Shown: in pieces, positions 10,104-20,093 of the stretch
Layout of the letters: each line of letters begins with the position of its first letter
Position numbering within the stretch: position 1 is the stretch's first letter
Assembly: GCA_016839555.1 (NCBI GenBank)
Contig: JAEOUA010000003.1
Coordinates: 32,001-96,000 of the forward strand
Length of the DNA: 64,000 nt
Source: Promethearchaeota archaeon
GTDB lineage: Archaea; Asgardarchaeota; Lokiarchaeia; Sigyniarchaeales; SOKP01
Direction of reading: 5' to 3'
The notes under the pieces: model-generated
The model's database searches: none
What the model was told of the DNA's origin: nothing
Seen by the model: only the letters and a program-made list of their open reading frames with translations
Program-made: the position numbers and the translations under genes

Positions 10104-10301
10104 CTAATGATCTTTTTTTTTAATTCTCTTACAATCAGCAACACAATAATGCCAAATTGCCTCGACTAAAAAAAATATAGATAGAAAACCAAATACCGCT
10201 GACCACCACTCAGAGCGAAAAAAAGACCAAACTAGAACTAAAATCATCCCGGTAACCAATAAAACTGAACCATGTATCTCTAAACTCATTATATCGTCCA
10301 T
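10104..10301 (-). CDS. Small 2-TM membrane protein
   Basis: Two hydrophobic helices and a basic tail; downstream of the XRE gene on the same strand. Confidence 0.6.
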   Translation of the reverse strand: MDDIMSLEIHGSVLLVTGMILVLVWSFFRSEWWSAVFGFLSIFFLVEAIWHYCVADCKRIKKKDH

Positions 10302-10428
10302 TTTTTAACCACTATATTCATGATAAGATTATATAATATACATAAAAGATATTTGATGATAAAAAATATTTGGAAATTTTAAAAATGAAGAGGTATTGGA
10401 AATTTTTTATGTAAAAAAAATAGGAATT

Positions 10429-10836
10429 TTAATTGATAAAAATATCATTAAAATCCATATCTAATAATTCTGAAATCTTTTTTAAAAAATCTTCGTTGAA
10501 TGCTTCAGACAGTTCTTCTTCATTGATTTCAGTTAAGGATAATAATTTGCTATAGGAAATTTCTAACTTTTCAGCTATCATTTTGGATTCTTTTACAGAT
10601 AAAGATTCGATTTTATCTTTAATTATTGGCACTCTGAAAAAGATTTCATTTAAAGGTTTTTCTAATACCTCGGAAATTTTAAAAGATAAGGTAAGAGAGG
10701 GATTATAATCGCTATTTTCTAGATAATAAATAGTTTGACGAGAAACACCCACGCGGTCTGCTAACTCTTGTTGAGTTAAGCCCTTTTCCTCACGAAATTC
10801 TTTCACACGTGTTTTAATTCTTTTCTTGAATTTCAA
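10429..10836 (-). CDS. XRE-family HTH regulator with a second degenerate HTH
   Basis: LTQQELADRVGVSRQTIYYLE...YNPSLTL; GGGTGAGG SD before TTG. Confidence 0.9.
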   Translation of the reverse strand: MKFKKRIKTRVKEFREEKGLTQQELADRVGVSRQTIYYLENSDYNPSLTLSFKISEVLEKPLNEIFFRVPIIKDKIESLSVKESKMIAEKLEISYSKLLSLTEINEEELSEAFNEDFLKKISELLDMDFNDIFIN

Positions 10837-10920
10837 GTGTTCCTCACCCAGAGATTTTAGTTAAAAAATTTTAATTGATTATTTTGAAAAGAATAAAAAA
10901 ATATATAATATTTAAAAAAA

Positions 10921-11748
10921 CTAACGCATTTTAAATAAATCTTCTATTTCACAGTTTAGAACTTCTGCTATCTTATAAGCTAGCAATAAGCTTGGATTAT
11001 ATCTTCCTTCTTCCAAGTAATTGATAGTTTGAACAGGAACTCCGACCTTTTCAGCTAATTTTCCAGGAGATAGGTTTTCTTTTTCTCTCAATTCCTTTAT
11101 CTTCGTTTCTAATTTTTCACCACCTCTCATCTTTGAAAGGATGTAGCTAATAAAATTATCAAATGCTAATTCTTCGGGTTTAAAAATTTTATCTTCCAAT
11201 CCACTTGGAATTCCAGCATACTTTGTGATCATTTCATTTATTTTATTCTCAATATTTCGAGGCTCTTTTAATCCTGGAATGAATCCTTCGGGTTTAACTA
11301 CACCTCCTCCTTGAGCTGATTGTGCTGCTGCTGAAGAACCTGCTGTCTCAATTTTCACAGTAAATAAATCATACATCCGATCAAATACCCCATTCACAAT
11401 GTTAATATTTTGAATTCTACTATAAGGAATCGTAGCTCGAGTCTTAGTGAATACACCATGATTTATCACGATGTTTTCTTTCGAAAAGGTATAATAGAAG
11501 TTTCTTATATAAGCCTTTAAATAGGAATTCGCTGAAATCACGATCATCAAGTATGGGATTATTACAGTTGTAAGTATTAATATGATCACCAATATGGTAA
11601 ATTTTCCTGCAAATATTAATATCAAAAGATAAATCACCAGGATGGGGCCAAATAAGAATGCCCATATACCGATATTTATTTTTACTAGTTCCTTTTTCTT
11701 ATAACTATAATCTATAGTTCCTTCATAAGATTCTTTTTTTTCATTCAT
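10921..11748 (-). CDS. 2-TM plus bacterial PH (bPH_2) domain fused to a C-terminal XRE HTH
   Basis: IPYSRIQNINIVNG...FDRMYDL...VKIETAG (bPH_2); LAEKVGVPVQTINYLEEGRYNPSLLLAYKIA (XRE). Confidence 0.88.
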   Translation of the reverse strand: MNEKKESYEGTIDYSYKKKELVKINIGIWAFLFGPILVIYLLILIFAGKFTILVIILILTTVIIPYLMIVISANSYLKAYIRNFYYTFSKENIVINHGVFTKTRATIPYSRIQNINIVNGVFDRMYDLFTVKIETAGSSAAAQSAQGGGVVKPEGFIPGLKEPRNIENKINEMITKYAGIPSGLEDKIFKPEELAFDNFISYILSKMRGGEKLETKIKELREKENLSPGKLAEKVGVPVQTINYLEEGRYNPSLLLAYKIAEVLNCEIEDLFKMR

Positions 11749-11775
11749 TTTTTTTGATCACTCTTTTTTTTCAAT

Positions 11776-11811
11776 TGTAAGTTAAATATTACATGTAAAA
11801 TATATTCAACA
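11776..11811. promoter_or_regulatory. Two adjacent palindromic operators, TGTAA-N8-TTACA type
   Basis: TGTAA-GTTAAATA-TTACA (11776-11793) and TGTAA-AATATATT-CAACA (11794-11811), between the TATA box and the start of the PH-XRE gene. Confidence 0.65.
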
Positions 11812-11815
11812 CTTA

Positions 11816-11830
11816 TATTTAAATCTTTCG
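11816..11830 (-). promoter_or_regulatory. Archaeal BRE plus TATA promoter of the PH-XRE / XRE genes
   Basis: Minus strand reads CGAAAGA-TTTAAATA. Confidence 0.6.
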
Positions 11831-12081
11831 ATCCTATATAAAAAAATTTTTTTTTATCAATTTTCTATCAATCATAAAGTTTACATTATATAAAATTCTA
11901 ATAAAAAAATTAAAATTAAGTATTTTTAATAAATATTGTATAGTTTATTTAACAATTGAAAATAATATTGAAAAATATTAGAGAAAAAATCCAGAAAAGA
12001 AATAATATGTCTCAGGTTCGGACAGAACCATAGAGATTAAATCCTATCATTTTTCGATTTAATCCGTAAGATTTAATATAT

Positions 12082-12222
12082 CTATTTTTTTCGTTTTTTA
12101 GTTTTCTTTTTTTTGAAATAATCTTTAAGTCTACGAGTGCAAAAAAGCAACCCATCGATTAATCCTCATCCCGTACATGATATTTTTTCTTTTGGATCAT
12201 ATTCAAATTCTTCAAAATTCAT
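12082..12222 (-). CDS. Unannotated 46-aa ORF with in-frame TGA in a CxxU context (candidate selenoprotein or pseudogene)
   Basis: MNFEEFEYDPKEKISCTG[TGA]GLIDGLLFCTRRLKDYFKKKKTKKRKK-TAG; SD-like GAGTTGA upstream. Confidence 0.4.
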
Positions 12223-12563
12223 TTTATTATCAATCAACTCTTTTTAATATAATAGTTAGTTCAGATAATCTCAAAATACATATAAAAACAATTTTTATAT
12301 ATAATAAGAATTTTGAAATAAAGTAAATGAAAATTAATCTCGTGATTTAATAAGGTTTATGTAAGTAGTATCTTTAAGAAATTTAAACTAAAAGCCTAAA
12401 TTTTTTTCCTCTATTCTTATTTATTTATTTTATTTAAAGAGTTGAGAAATACTGGTAAGATCATTATTAATTAAAATAGATATTTTTAATAATTGGATTA
12501 TAAATGTTTTAATTAGGAATAACATTTCTTATAAGTAATGAAATGATTAAAGTAGGTGAAATT

Positions 12564-13157
12564 ATGAGTAATAATCATCCATATGAACGGCATTATAAAA
12601 AAGAAAAATATGAATCTTCTATGGGAGCATTTGGTGTTGGTCTGGTGTTTTTATTTGTAGCAATAATTAGTCTTGTATTTATTGCATTAGATATTGAATT
12701 CATGGGTTTAAGAGCATGGGGGTATTGGTTATTTATCCCCGCATTCTTTATTATATTGGGTGGTTTCTCCCAACTTTACACGAATTATCAATATAAAAAA
12801 GCAGTAAAAGCGGCAATTGCGGAAAGAAATTATCAAGGAACGCATAAACTTGAAAATTTAGCCTTAGAAGTAGGAATTAAACCTTCAGATATACTTCAAA
12901 TCTTACTTAAATTGAGAGAGAAAGGGGAAATTCGCTATAAATTTAATCCAAGTACTGGAGAAATTGTACTCGGTCAACAAGTGAAATATGAACCAGTAGA
13001 AGAATTTAAGAGAATTCCGCAGCCAATAAAAAGAGAAGAAAAGGAAAAGCCTAAAGAAGAAGTAATAGTATCAGGTAAGAAGATATATTGTCCATATTGT
13101 GGGCATAATATTCGAGAAGGAGCTAATTTTTGTGAAAATTGTGGCTCGCAACTTTAG
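12564..13157 (+). CDS. 2-TM protein with PCI/wHTH-like domain and C-terminal zinc ribbon
   Basis: Two TM helices, wHTH-like segment, CPYCG...FCENCG; AGGTGA SD favours ATG 12564 over 12543. Confidence 0.8.
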   Translation: MSNNHPYERHYKKEKYESSMGAFGVGLVFLFVAIISLVFIALDIEFMGLRAWGYWLFIPAFFIILGGFSQLYTNYQYKKAVKAAIAERNYQGTHKLENLALEVGIKPSDILQILLKLREKGEIRYKFNPSTGEIVLGQQVKYEPVEEFKRIPQPIKREEKEKPKEEVIVSGKKIYCPYCGHNIREGANFCENCGSQL

Positions 13158-13382
13158 TATTATAGATTTTTTTTATTTTTTAATATAACATTAATTAGAT
13201 CATTATTTTAGAAATATTGATTATATTTTTTATCAGTAAAAACAGTTCTTTGAAGGAGTATTTAAGGTTTATCTTAATCCCGAAAACTATGCCGAAACTT
13301 GTGATTTTTATGAAAAGATGCGTTCTTTACAGCAAAAATATTTGAAAGAAAAAAAAAAATAATCTTATAATTCTTTTATATA

Positions 13383-14246
13383 CTAATTATCTTGTTCTTT
13401 CTCTAGGTCCCGATTAATCTTTTTTACCGTCAACATGGATGCTGAAACGTACCAAACAGTAAGGGAAGACATCAATAGCCATTTCCACACTGGAGCCCAT
13501 TGCCAAGGTGGTAAATATGTCCAGAAATTATCTGTGTACCATAAATAAGGTACTGTATAGAAAAAGAAAAAGAATATTGGGGTTAATATCCAAGTATTAA
13601 TTACAAATAATACTCGCAATATGGTTGAATGTGTAATTCCAATCTGTTCTTCAAGAATATCAGGAAATATTATATAATGTGAAGATACCAGAATTCCACT
13701 AATCATGAAAAAAGAAAACGCAAAATCAGCTACGATGTCATGCCAAGGTATACCAATTGGAAATAATTTATCCCACACTTCTCCAACATCCTCAGAGAGG
13801 ACACCTGTTAAAAATAAACCCCCCATTGCTATTAACATGCAGAATACAGTTACATTCCCAAGTATTTTTCGTAATAATTTTGGATTATCTCCTATTAGTA
13901 TTTTTTTCATATATAAAGAGGGAGGAATCGTTAATAGCGCAGTATTCATCATCCCATAATTAATAATGATTGGCATTGGCGTTAGATCCTGGTTACCCAA
14001 ATCACTTATATAATTAATAGCGGGATTATATCCGGCAGGATCATAAAAGGGTCCGGCAGGATCAAATTGTCCAATCAAAATTGCGATAAGGACACAAGAT
14101 ACCCATATAAACGTCGCAGCAATATATGATAACTTAACCACTTTTGGGCTAGTTAGATACTGATAAAAATTATAAATATGATCTCTAAATTTCATATTCA
14201 CTAGGAAAAGTAGTATATTTAATAAATATGAGTAATCTAATACCAA
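13383..14246 (-). CDS. Multi-pass membrane protein, DUF998-like
   Basis: GYNPAINYISDLG motif, WHDIVA, about 6 TM; start may be the downstream Met (MKFRDH). Confidence 0.7.
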   Translation of the reverse strand: MVLDYSYLLNILLFLVNMKFRDHIYNFYQYLTSPKVVKLSYIAATFIWVSCVLIAILIGQFDPAGPFYDPAGYNPAINYISDLGNQDLTPMPIIINYGMMNTALLTIPPSLYMKKILIGDNPKLLRKILGNVTVFCMLIAMGGLFLTGVLSEDVGEVWDKLFPIGIPWHDIVADFAFSFFMISGILVSSHYIIFPDILEEQIGITHSTILRVLFVINTWILTPIFFFFFYTVPYLWYTDNFWTYLPPWQWAPVWKWLLMSSLTVWYVSASMLTVKKINRDLEKEQDN

Positions 14247-14346
14247 GAAATAACTTAATTTCTAAAAAAAATATTAGTAAAAATATTAGTATTATTAATA
14301 TTAATAACAATTATTTAAATAGATCTAATTCTAAGGAGATATAGAA

Positions 14347-15480
14347 ATGATAAAAATGATAAAGCAAGATAAGTTTCCACAAGAATGCCAAGAATATATG
14401 ACCCCTAAAGAAAGAATAATGGGTCTTATAATGCGAAAAAAACTAGATAGGATCCCAGTTTTCCCATTTGTTTCCGCGGCGGCTGCTCAGATTCTAAATT
14501 TGAACTATGGAGAATATGCAAAGAAGCCAGATTTATTTCTGCGTGCTCAAGTAGAAGCGCAAAGACTTATTGGTTACGATGCGATTACTGCTATTCCGGA
14601 TCTATGTGTTGAGGCGCAGGGGTTTGGCGCAAAAATTATTTATCCAGATAATAATGCGGCATACCCAGATCCATATAATCCTATTATAAAATCTCCGAGT
14701 GAATATAAAAATATTGATAAATTATTCGATTGGTCTCATGCAGACCGCATGAAGAATCAAATTGAAGTGGTAAGAACTATAAACGAGCAATTACCAGAGA
14801 TGATGATAGGGGGTTTCTCGATTGGTCCTCTCGGGCTTATTTCAAGGTTACGCAATGCTAACGAACTATTGCGGGATTTTGTTCATAATAAAGACAAACT
14901 TCACGATGCTTGTGAAAAAGTGGTTGAAATTCAAATTGAATATATTGAAAAGCAAATCGAGGCAGGAGCTAGAACTATTATGCTTCCGGTCGTTTTAGCT
15001 GAAAGGGAACTAATGAGCAAAGAAATGTGGCTAGAATTAGATATGCCATACCAAGCAAGAATAGCTAAATTTATAAAGAGAAAAAGGGCTCTCTATGCGG
15101 TTCATACATGTGGTCGAGGTCCTTATTTCGATCTTCTCATTGAGCATCTCGGACCAGTAGTCATCCAAAACGCTTTTTTACCGGATGGCGTTAAGACCGA
15201 AGAAGAAATGGTCGAAAAATATGGTAAAAAGTTAGTTTTCCTAGGTTTTTTAAGTGTTGCGTTACTTGCTTGGTCAAGTCCAAGTGAAGTTATAGCAGAG
15301 TGTAAAAGACAAATTGATGTCTTTGGAAAGTCTCCTGCTGGCTATATACTTGGAGCATCATGCGAATATCCTCCATATGCACCATTGTATAACGCGATGG
15401 CAGTTGTTAAAGCAGCTAGGATGTATGGGGCAAATTTTAAAAAAGGAGAAGGACCTAATTATGAAGGGGAGGATGTGTAG
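14347..15480 (+). CDS. URO-D superfamily methylcobamide methyltransferase (MtaA/MT2-like)
   Basis: DRIPVFP, DLCVEAQGFGA, Zn ligands HTC and ASCE; adjacent corrinoid protein. Confidence 0.85.
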   Translation: MIKMIKQDKFPQECQEYMTPKERIMGLIMRKKLDRIPVFPFVSAAAAQILNLNYGEYAKKPDLFLRAQVEAQRLIGYDAITAIPDLCVEAQGFGAKIIYPDNNAAYPDPYNPIIKSPSEYKNIDKLFDWSHADRMKNQIEVVRTINEQLPEMMIGGFSIGPLGLISRLRNANELLRDFVHNKDKLHDACEKVVEIQIEYIEKQIEAGARTIMLPVVLAERELMSKEMWLELDMPYQARIAKFIKRKRALYAVHTCGRGPYFDLLIEHLGPVVIQNAFLPDGVKTEEEMVEKYGKKLVFLGFLSVALLAWSSPSEVIAECKRQIDVFGKSPAGYILGASCEYPPYAPLYNAMAVVKAARMYGANFKKGEGPNYEGEDV

Positions 15481-15485
15481 AAAAA

Positions 15486-16130
15486 ATGTCAAAAGAAGAG
15501 ATTTTATTAAAGCTTAAAGAAAGCGTGATTGATTACGACTGCGAGGCGGCAAAAGAAACTGCTAAGGAAGCCTTGGAAGCAGGAATCGATCCTATAGAAG
15601 CTTTGAAGGAGGGTCTTTATTTAGGTTTAAAAGAAGTATGCGATCAATATGAAGATACTGTCTTCCCAACTGATATGATATTAGCGTCTGATGCTTTTTA
15701 CGAGGGTTTTGACGTTTTAAAATCCAGCATAGATCCGGAAAAAGCAGATAAGATGAAGAAAGGAACAGCAGTCATTGGTGTTGTAGAAGGCGATGTGCAT
15801 GACCTTGGAAAGAATATCGTAAAGTATTTAATGGAAGCTGAAGGATTTGAAATTCACGATTTAGGTTTTGATGTAAAGGCTGAGAAATTTATAGAAGAAG
15901 CCGAAAAATACGACGCAGATCTGATCCTAATCTCTCTCATGTTAAGTTCAATGTACCCACAAATTAAAAAAATTGTTGAATTGGCTAAAAACAAGGGTTT
16001 GAAAGCAAAAATTATGGCGGGAGGAGGTCCAGTATCAGAAAAAATAGCCTTTAAATATGGCGCCGATGGCTGGGCTCTTACAGCTCCTTTAGCCGTCAAA
16101 AAAGCGTTAGATTTGCTTAATAAACCTTAA
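15486..16130 (+). CDS. Methyltransferase cognate corrinoid protein (MtaC/MtbC-like)
   Basis: Cap domain plus EGDVHDLGKNIV, DLG, SxL, GGG B12-binding motifs. Confidence 0.92.
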   Translation: MSKEEILLKLKESVIDYDCEAAKETAKEALEAGIDPIEALKEGLYLGLKEVCDQYEDTVFPTDMILASDAFYEGFDVLKSSIDPEKADKMKKGTAVIGVVEGDVHDLGKNIVKYLMEAEGFEIHDLGFDVKAEKFIEEAEKYDADLILISLMLSSMYPQIKKIVELAKNKGLKAKIMAGGGPVSEKIAFKYGADGWALTAPLAVKKALDLLNKP

Positions 16131-16175
16131 AAGTTCAAATATAATTAAACTCTATTTTATTATTTGTATATAAAA

Positions 16176-16568
16176 ATGCTTTTAACCCCTAATAAGATTT
16201 ACGAAGATTTTAGAAATAATAATTTGGATAAAACTACTGCGTCAAAATTGTTAATATCGTTGATAGATAATAGTAAAAATGATGTTATTAGAGTTAATTG
16301 CGTTGAAATTATTGAAAAAATCGGGCATAAGGACCAAAAAATTTTCAAATTTTTAGAAAACTTATTGATATCATACGCAAATAAACAAGTCAGGTTAGCG
16401 GCTATTAATGTAATTAAAAGTAACTTCCTAAATAAAGCTCTGCCACCAATGATCTGGGCTATTCAGAACGAATCTTCAATCCATTGTTTAAAAGTGATTA
16501 ATTCGGCTTTAATTAGAATAATAGAAAGCTTAGTGAATAGTTATTTGATTTTTGCAATTCTTTTCTAA
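16176..16568 (+). CDS. HEAT-repeat-like helical protein, possibly truncated
   Basis: FKFLENLLIS...VRLAAINVI HEAT-like pattern; ATG 16176 preferred to TTG 16164. Confidence 0.55.
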   Translation: MLLTPNKIYEDFRNNNLDKTTASKLLISLIDNSKNDVIRVNCVEIIEKIGHKDQKIFKFLENLLISYANKQVRLAAINVIKSNFLNKALPPMIWAIQNESSIHCLKVINSALIRIIESLVNSYLIFAILF

Positions 16569-16648
16569 TTTGCAAAATTTTTATCCTTTTTTTAGCTTAT
16601 AATCAAAATAAGATTATAACTATATATATAAGAACTATGAAAGAATTA

Positions 16649-17836
16649 TTATACATATTCAATTGTCCCGGGAGGTTTAGGTGTAATATCATAATACACA
16701 GACTTTATTTCATTAAGGATAAGCAATTTCGATGCTATTTTACGTAAAAATAATATTGGTAGATTTGTTACAGTAGCAGTACGCGCATCTATACTATTGA
16801 TGCATCTTATAGCAATATCAAATTTTCCATTTGGACTAATTTCTAATTCATATAGTAATCTTGAAAAACCTTTAATAGTAGAGGCAAGAGTAATTAAATT
16901 ATCATAATCCCATTTTCCTTTTATTGCCAGTGGAAATTCATAAGTTCGTTTTCCCTCAATCATTCCTGTAACTTTGGTATCCAATATCTCTTCACTTATA
17001 GCAGCAAATACTTGAAAAGGTTCTTGTTCACCTAAGTTGTTAATTATCATTGGCCTCCCGTATTTCCTTATATAATAATCTTCAATAAAAGATTCAACAA
17101 TGTCATGAACTTTTTTCTCAACAGAAAGATTTTCTTCTGTAACAGCTCCAATTATTCTTGTTGCCAGTGCCGGACCTGGAAAAGCTTTTCGATAAATTAA
17201 TTCTTGAGGCATATCCAAATATTTTAGAAGCTCTCGAATCTCATCTTTAGTCAAACTTGCGACAGGCTGGATTGTGGCCTCTACATCGTATTCAATAGCT
17301 AAATTATGCTGACTTTTTATAAACCCATCCTTATGATTTTCCATTAAGTTTTGTTCTTCTTTCAGAGACATCGTTTCTTTTAAATCGTTTATTCTGACCC
17401 CAAAAGATTCTTCTATATCGGGAAGTATGGTACCATCTGCTAATAAATCACAGTCTTCCTCTTTTATTACCTTGCTAATAATGTGGGAATAGGCGTCTTT
17501 AAAGAGCTTTCTTTTCTTTTCAGCATCTTCTACACCATATATTTTTGGTAAAAATTCATTTCTAATATCAATAACTTTAACATTTGGAAATAAATTTTTA
17601 ATATATTCCCGCTCTTCTCTTTCCTTAATAATTCTCATCAGTCCATGGTCTATAAATACGGGAATTGTTTCAATATTTGCCCTCTCTAATAAGAGATAGG
17701 TAATTGAGCTGTCTATTCCTCCCGAGAGAGCACAAAAAACCTTTTTATCTTTCGCATACTTTCTTAAAAATTTGATTGCCTCATTAATGAATTGTTCTGA
17801 ATTTTTAAAAAAAGATATTAAACGGTGATTGAGCAT
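16649..17836 (-). CDS. guaAB: GMP synthase, ATP pyrophosphatase subunit (GuaA-B type)
   Basis: ALSGGIDSS PP-loop, DHGLMR, GTILPDIEES, IKSQHN, FPGPALATRI, YDITPKPPGTIEY. Confidence 0.88.
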   Translation of the reverse strand: MLNHRLISFFKNSEQFINEAIKFLRKYAKDKKVFCALSGGIDSSITYLLLERANIETIPVFIDHGLMRIIKEREEREYIKNLFPNVKVIDIRNEFLPKIYGVEDAEKKRKLFKDAYSHIISKVIKEEDCDLLADGTILPDIEESFGVRINDLKETMSLKEEQNLMENHKDGFIKSQHNLAIEYDVEATIQPVASLTKDEIRELLKYLDMPQELIYRKAFPGPALATRIIGAVTEENLSVEKKVHDIVESFIEDYYIRKYGRPMIINNLGEQEPFQVFAAISEEILDTKVTGMIEGKRTYEFPLAIKGKWDYDNLITLASTIKGFSRLLYELEISPNGKFDIAIRCINSIDARTATVTNLPILFLRKIASKLLILNEIKSVYYDITPKPPGTIEYV

Positions 17837-17922
17837 GAGTTTTATTAAGATTTTCTATTTTTTTAAATTTCAGATAATATTTATTAAGAAAATATTAAAA
17901 AATTTCTTTATTTTTATGAGCG

Positions 17923-19098
17923 TTATTCAAATAAATAAGGGGTATTTGTTATTTGTTCTGGTTTTCCTTTTCTTATGATAAAATCATCCTCTAAATCTAT
18001 GGCACCCCATTTAGGAATAATAATTTTTGGTTCTAAAGCAATTACCATATTTTCTTTTAATCTAATATTGGCATTTGGTAAAATAACTGGGGGCTCATCG
18101 AGTTCTAATCCAATTCCATGTCCAAGCCCTTGATAATAATAACCATCTCCTTGAAAAAACCTCCCTAAACCTTCTTTCTCTAATAATTCTTTCATCCTAT
18201 TATAAATCTTATCAACTTTTATTCCCGCTCTTAAATATTCTGACTTAATCTCATCATATACATGCTTTAAAATTAGATATCTTTCTTTAAATTTCTCAGG
18301 ATAAGAATAAACATAAAATGTACGAGCATGATCCGCATGATAGCCCTTATAGTTAATCGCATAATCACACATCACAATATCTCCCTTATTAATTACTCGG
18401 TCAGAATAGCCGTATGGAATTGCTTTAGACAATCCATCCCCAGATAAGATAGGAAAATAACTTGGAATATAAAGGTTTTTTCCGCTTGCCAAGATTAAAA
18501 AATTCTCTCCAAATGCATTGTTAATTCTACTAAAATGGACTGATTTATTTTTTATAGCTTCATGAACTACTTCTGCTACAACTTCATATTCTTTAATCCC
18601 TGGCTTTAAAACCTTTGGAATTCTTTCTTGGGTTTTTTGAGCAACTTTTCCTGCCTTCCTAATTATGTTTAGTTCCTTTTGATCTTTTACCATCCTTAGC
18701 TTTCTCAATGAGAGTTCTATATTTTTTATTTTTGCTCCTTTAAGTAGGTCTTTGTAATAAAGATAAAAAGAAGCAGGAAGCGAATCAAGTTCCATACCTA
18801 TTTCTAGTCCCGCTGTTTCTCCTTCAATTTTGAGTAAATAATCTTTGAGTTGTGAAGTTTTTTCTAATTCTACTATATTTTCCAAAACAGATTCTTTTTT
18901 TGCTTTAAAAAAATTTCTCCGGATAAAGAGAGTTACACTTTGGTCTTTGGCGATAATTAAGATACCATATTGAGCAGTACCGCTCAACCAATATAAATTT
19001 TGAATATTTGTGATTAATATATAATCAAGCTTAAGTTTATCTAATAAGTGATATACTTTTTGTAAACGTGCTTTATACTTAAATCCATATTCATCCAT
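17923..19098 (-). CDS. M24 family Xaa-Pro aminopeptidase/prolidase
   Basis: Creatinase N-domain; D...YHADHART, GHGIGLELDE, ALEPK, LEDD. Confidence 0.9.
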   Translation of the reverse strand: MDEYGFKYKARLQKVYHLLDKLKLDYILITNIQNLYWLSGTAQYGILIIAKDQSVTLFIRRNFFKAKKESVLENIVELEKTSQLKDYLLKIEGETAGLEIGMELDSLPASFYLYYKDLLKGAKIKNIELSLRKLRMVKDQKELNIIRKAGKVAQKTQERIPKVLKPGIKEYEVVAEVVHEAIKNKSVHFSRINNAFGENFLILASGKNLYIPSYFPILSGDGLSKAIPYGYSDRVINKGDIVMCDYAINYKGYHADHARTFYVYSYPEKFKERYLILKHVYDEIKSEYLRAGIKVDKIYNRMKELLEKEGLGRFFQGDGYYYQGLGHGIGLELDEPPVILPNANIRLKENMVIALEPKIIIPKWGAIDLEDDFIIRKGKPEQITNTPYLFE

Positions 19099-19176
19099 AT
19101 TACTAAATGGAATTATAAATTCTTTAAAAAAAAATCGTTATTTATCCATCAAAATACTAAGTATAATATTTACCGT

Positions 19177-19638
19177 TTAATCTTTAGAGTTTATTTTTTT
19201 TAAATAAATTTTCATAAGGAAACGTTCCAATTTGCACAGATCCCCTTTTTCATAAATATTAAAATCATGACATTTTAAAATAAATACTCTGATTATTCTT
19301 AAAAATTTAAGATACTCGTCTATAGAATATTCAATTTGATTATACATTATTAATTTCGTATTTACATTATCGATTTCAGTAAAAACAGGCGCAAATTGGG
19401 TAAAGAAATCATTCTCAAATTCTTTGTTTGGAATTCTTAATAAAATATTTACAATATCATGTAAATCTTCCAAAGGATTTTCAACAGAATGGGTATGTAA
19501 AAGGGATATCAATTGAGAAATGAAATTAAATTTATTTTCATGAAAAGAAAGCTCATCCGATTGAATTGGAAGACTATCAAGATCCTTCTGGAAAAATTTC
19601 TCGAAATGTGTTTTCTTTACATAAACATTCGACGCCAT
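19177..19638 (-). CDS. Hypothetical helical protein
   Basis: 153-aa ORF, no motif recognised. Confidence 0.6.
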   Translation of the reverse strand: MASNVYVKKTHFEKFFQKDLDSLPIQSDELSFHENKFNFISQLISLLHTHSVENPLEDLHDIVNILLRIPNKEFENDFFTQFAPVFTEIDNVNTKLIMYNQIEYSIDEYLKFLRIIRVFILKCHDFNIYEKGDLCKLERFLMKIYLKKINSKD

Positions 19639-20093
19639 TTTTTCACACAGAAAGGGATCTTGATATTAAGATACTAGCATTTTTATCTTATTTAAAAAGA
19701 AAGAGTGTTTTAATTTTTAGAAATAATATAAATTAGTTAATGTTCAAATTGTTTATAGATCAATACAGTTTTTATATTTAATTTTAAAATTGAAATAATT
19801 ACATTAAAATACAAAATTCTAATCATAGATTAGCTAATTATTGCTTAAAAATTAATAGATTTACCTCCAAATTTATTTCAATCTTCTTAAAAAAAGTTTT
19901 GATCTATTATCACGAACTTAAAGAAGATTTCTAAAAAATAAAAAGAAAAAAATTTTTTCCTTTATATGATGAAAAAATCAAAGAACCTAGAGAAAGAATG
20001 TTCAAATGATTTTGATTCATAGCAAGAGTATGGTTTAGGGGAATATTATTAAGAAAAATATATAAAATTAAAATATTAAATAAACAGATAAAA

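Noticed and set aside
12010-12065. Canonical SECIS element downstream of the CxxU mini-ORF
   Set aside because: Hairpins and an ATGA are present, but no register gave a proper UGAN/NGAN quartet stacked on a continuous helix; not called as a feature
13240-13362. Protein-like frame EGVFKVYLNPENYAETCDFYEKMRSLQQKYLKEKKK
   Set aside because: No start codon at its 5' end and no recognisable family; at most a gene remnant
14347-15480. True uroporphyrinogen decarboxylase (hemE)
   Set aside because: Lacks the RQAGR motif, has Zn ligands and is paired with a corrinoid protein
16649-17836. GMP synthase lacking a glutaminase domain as a pseudogene
   Set aside because: Split GMP synthase is normal in archaea
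19830-20040. Possible decayed coding fragment
   Set aside because: Interrupted by stops and not assignable without a search
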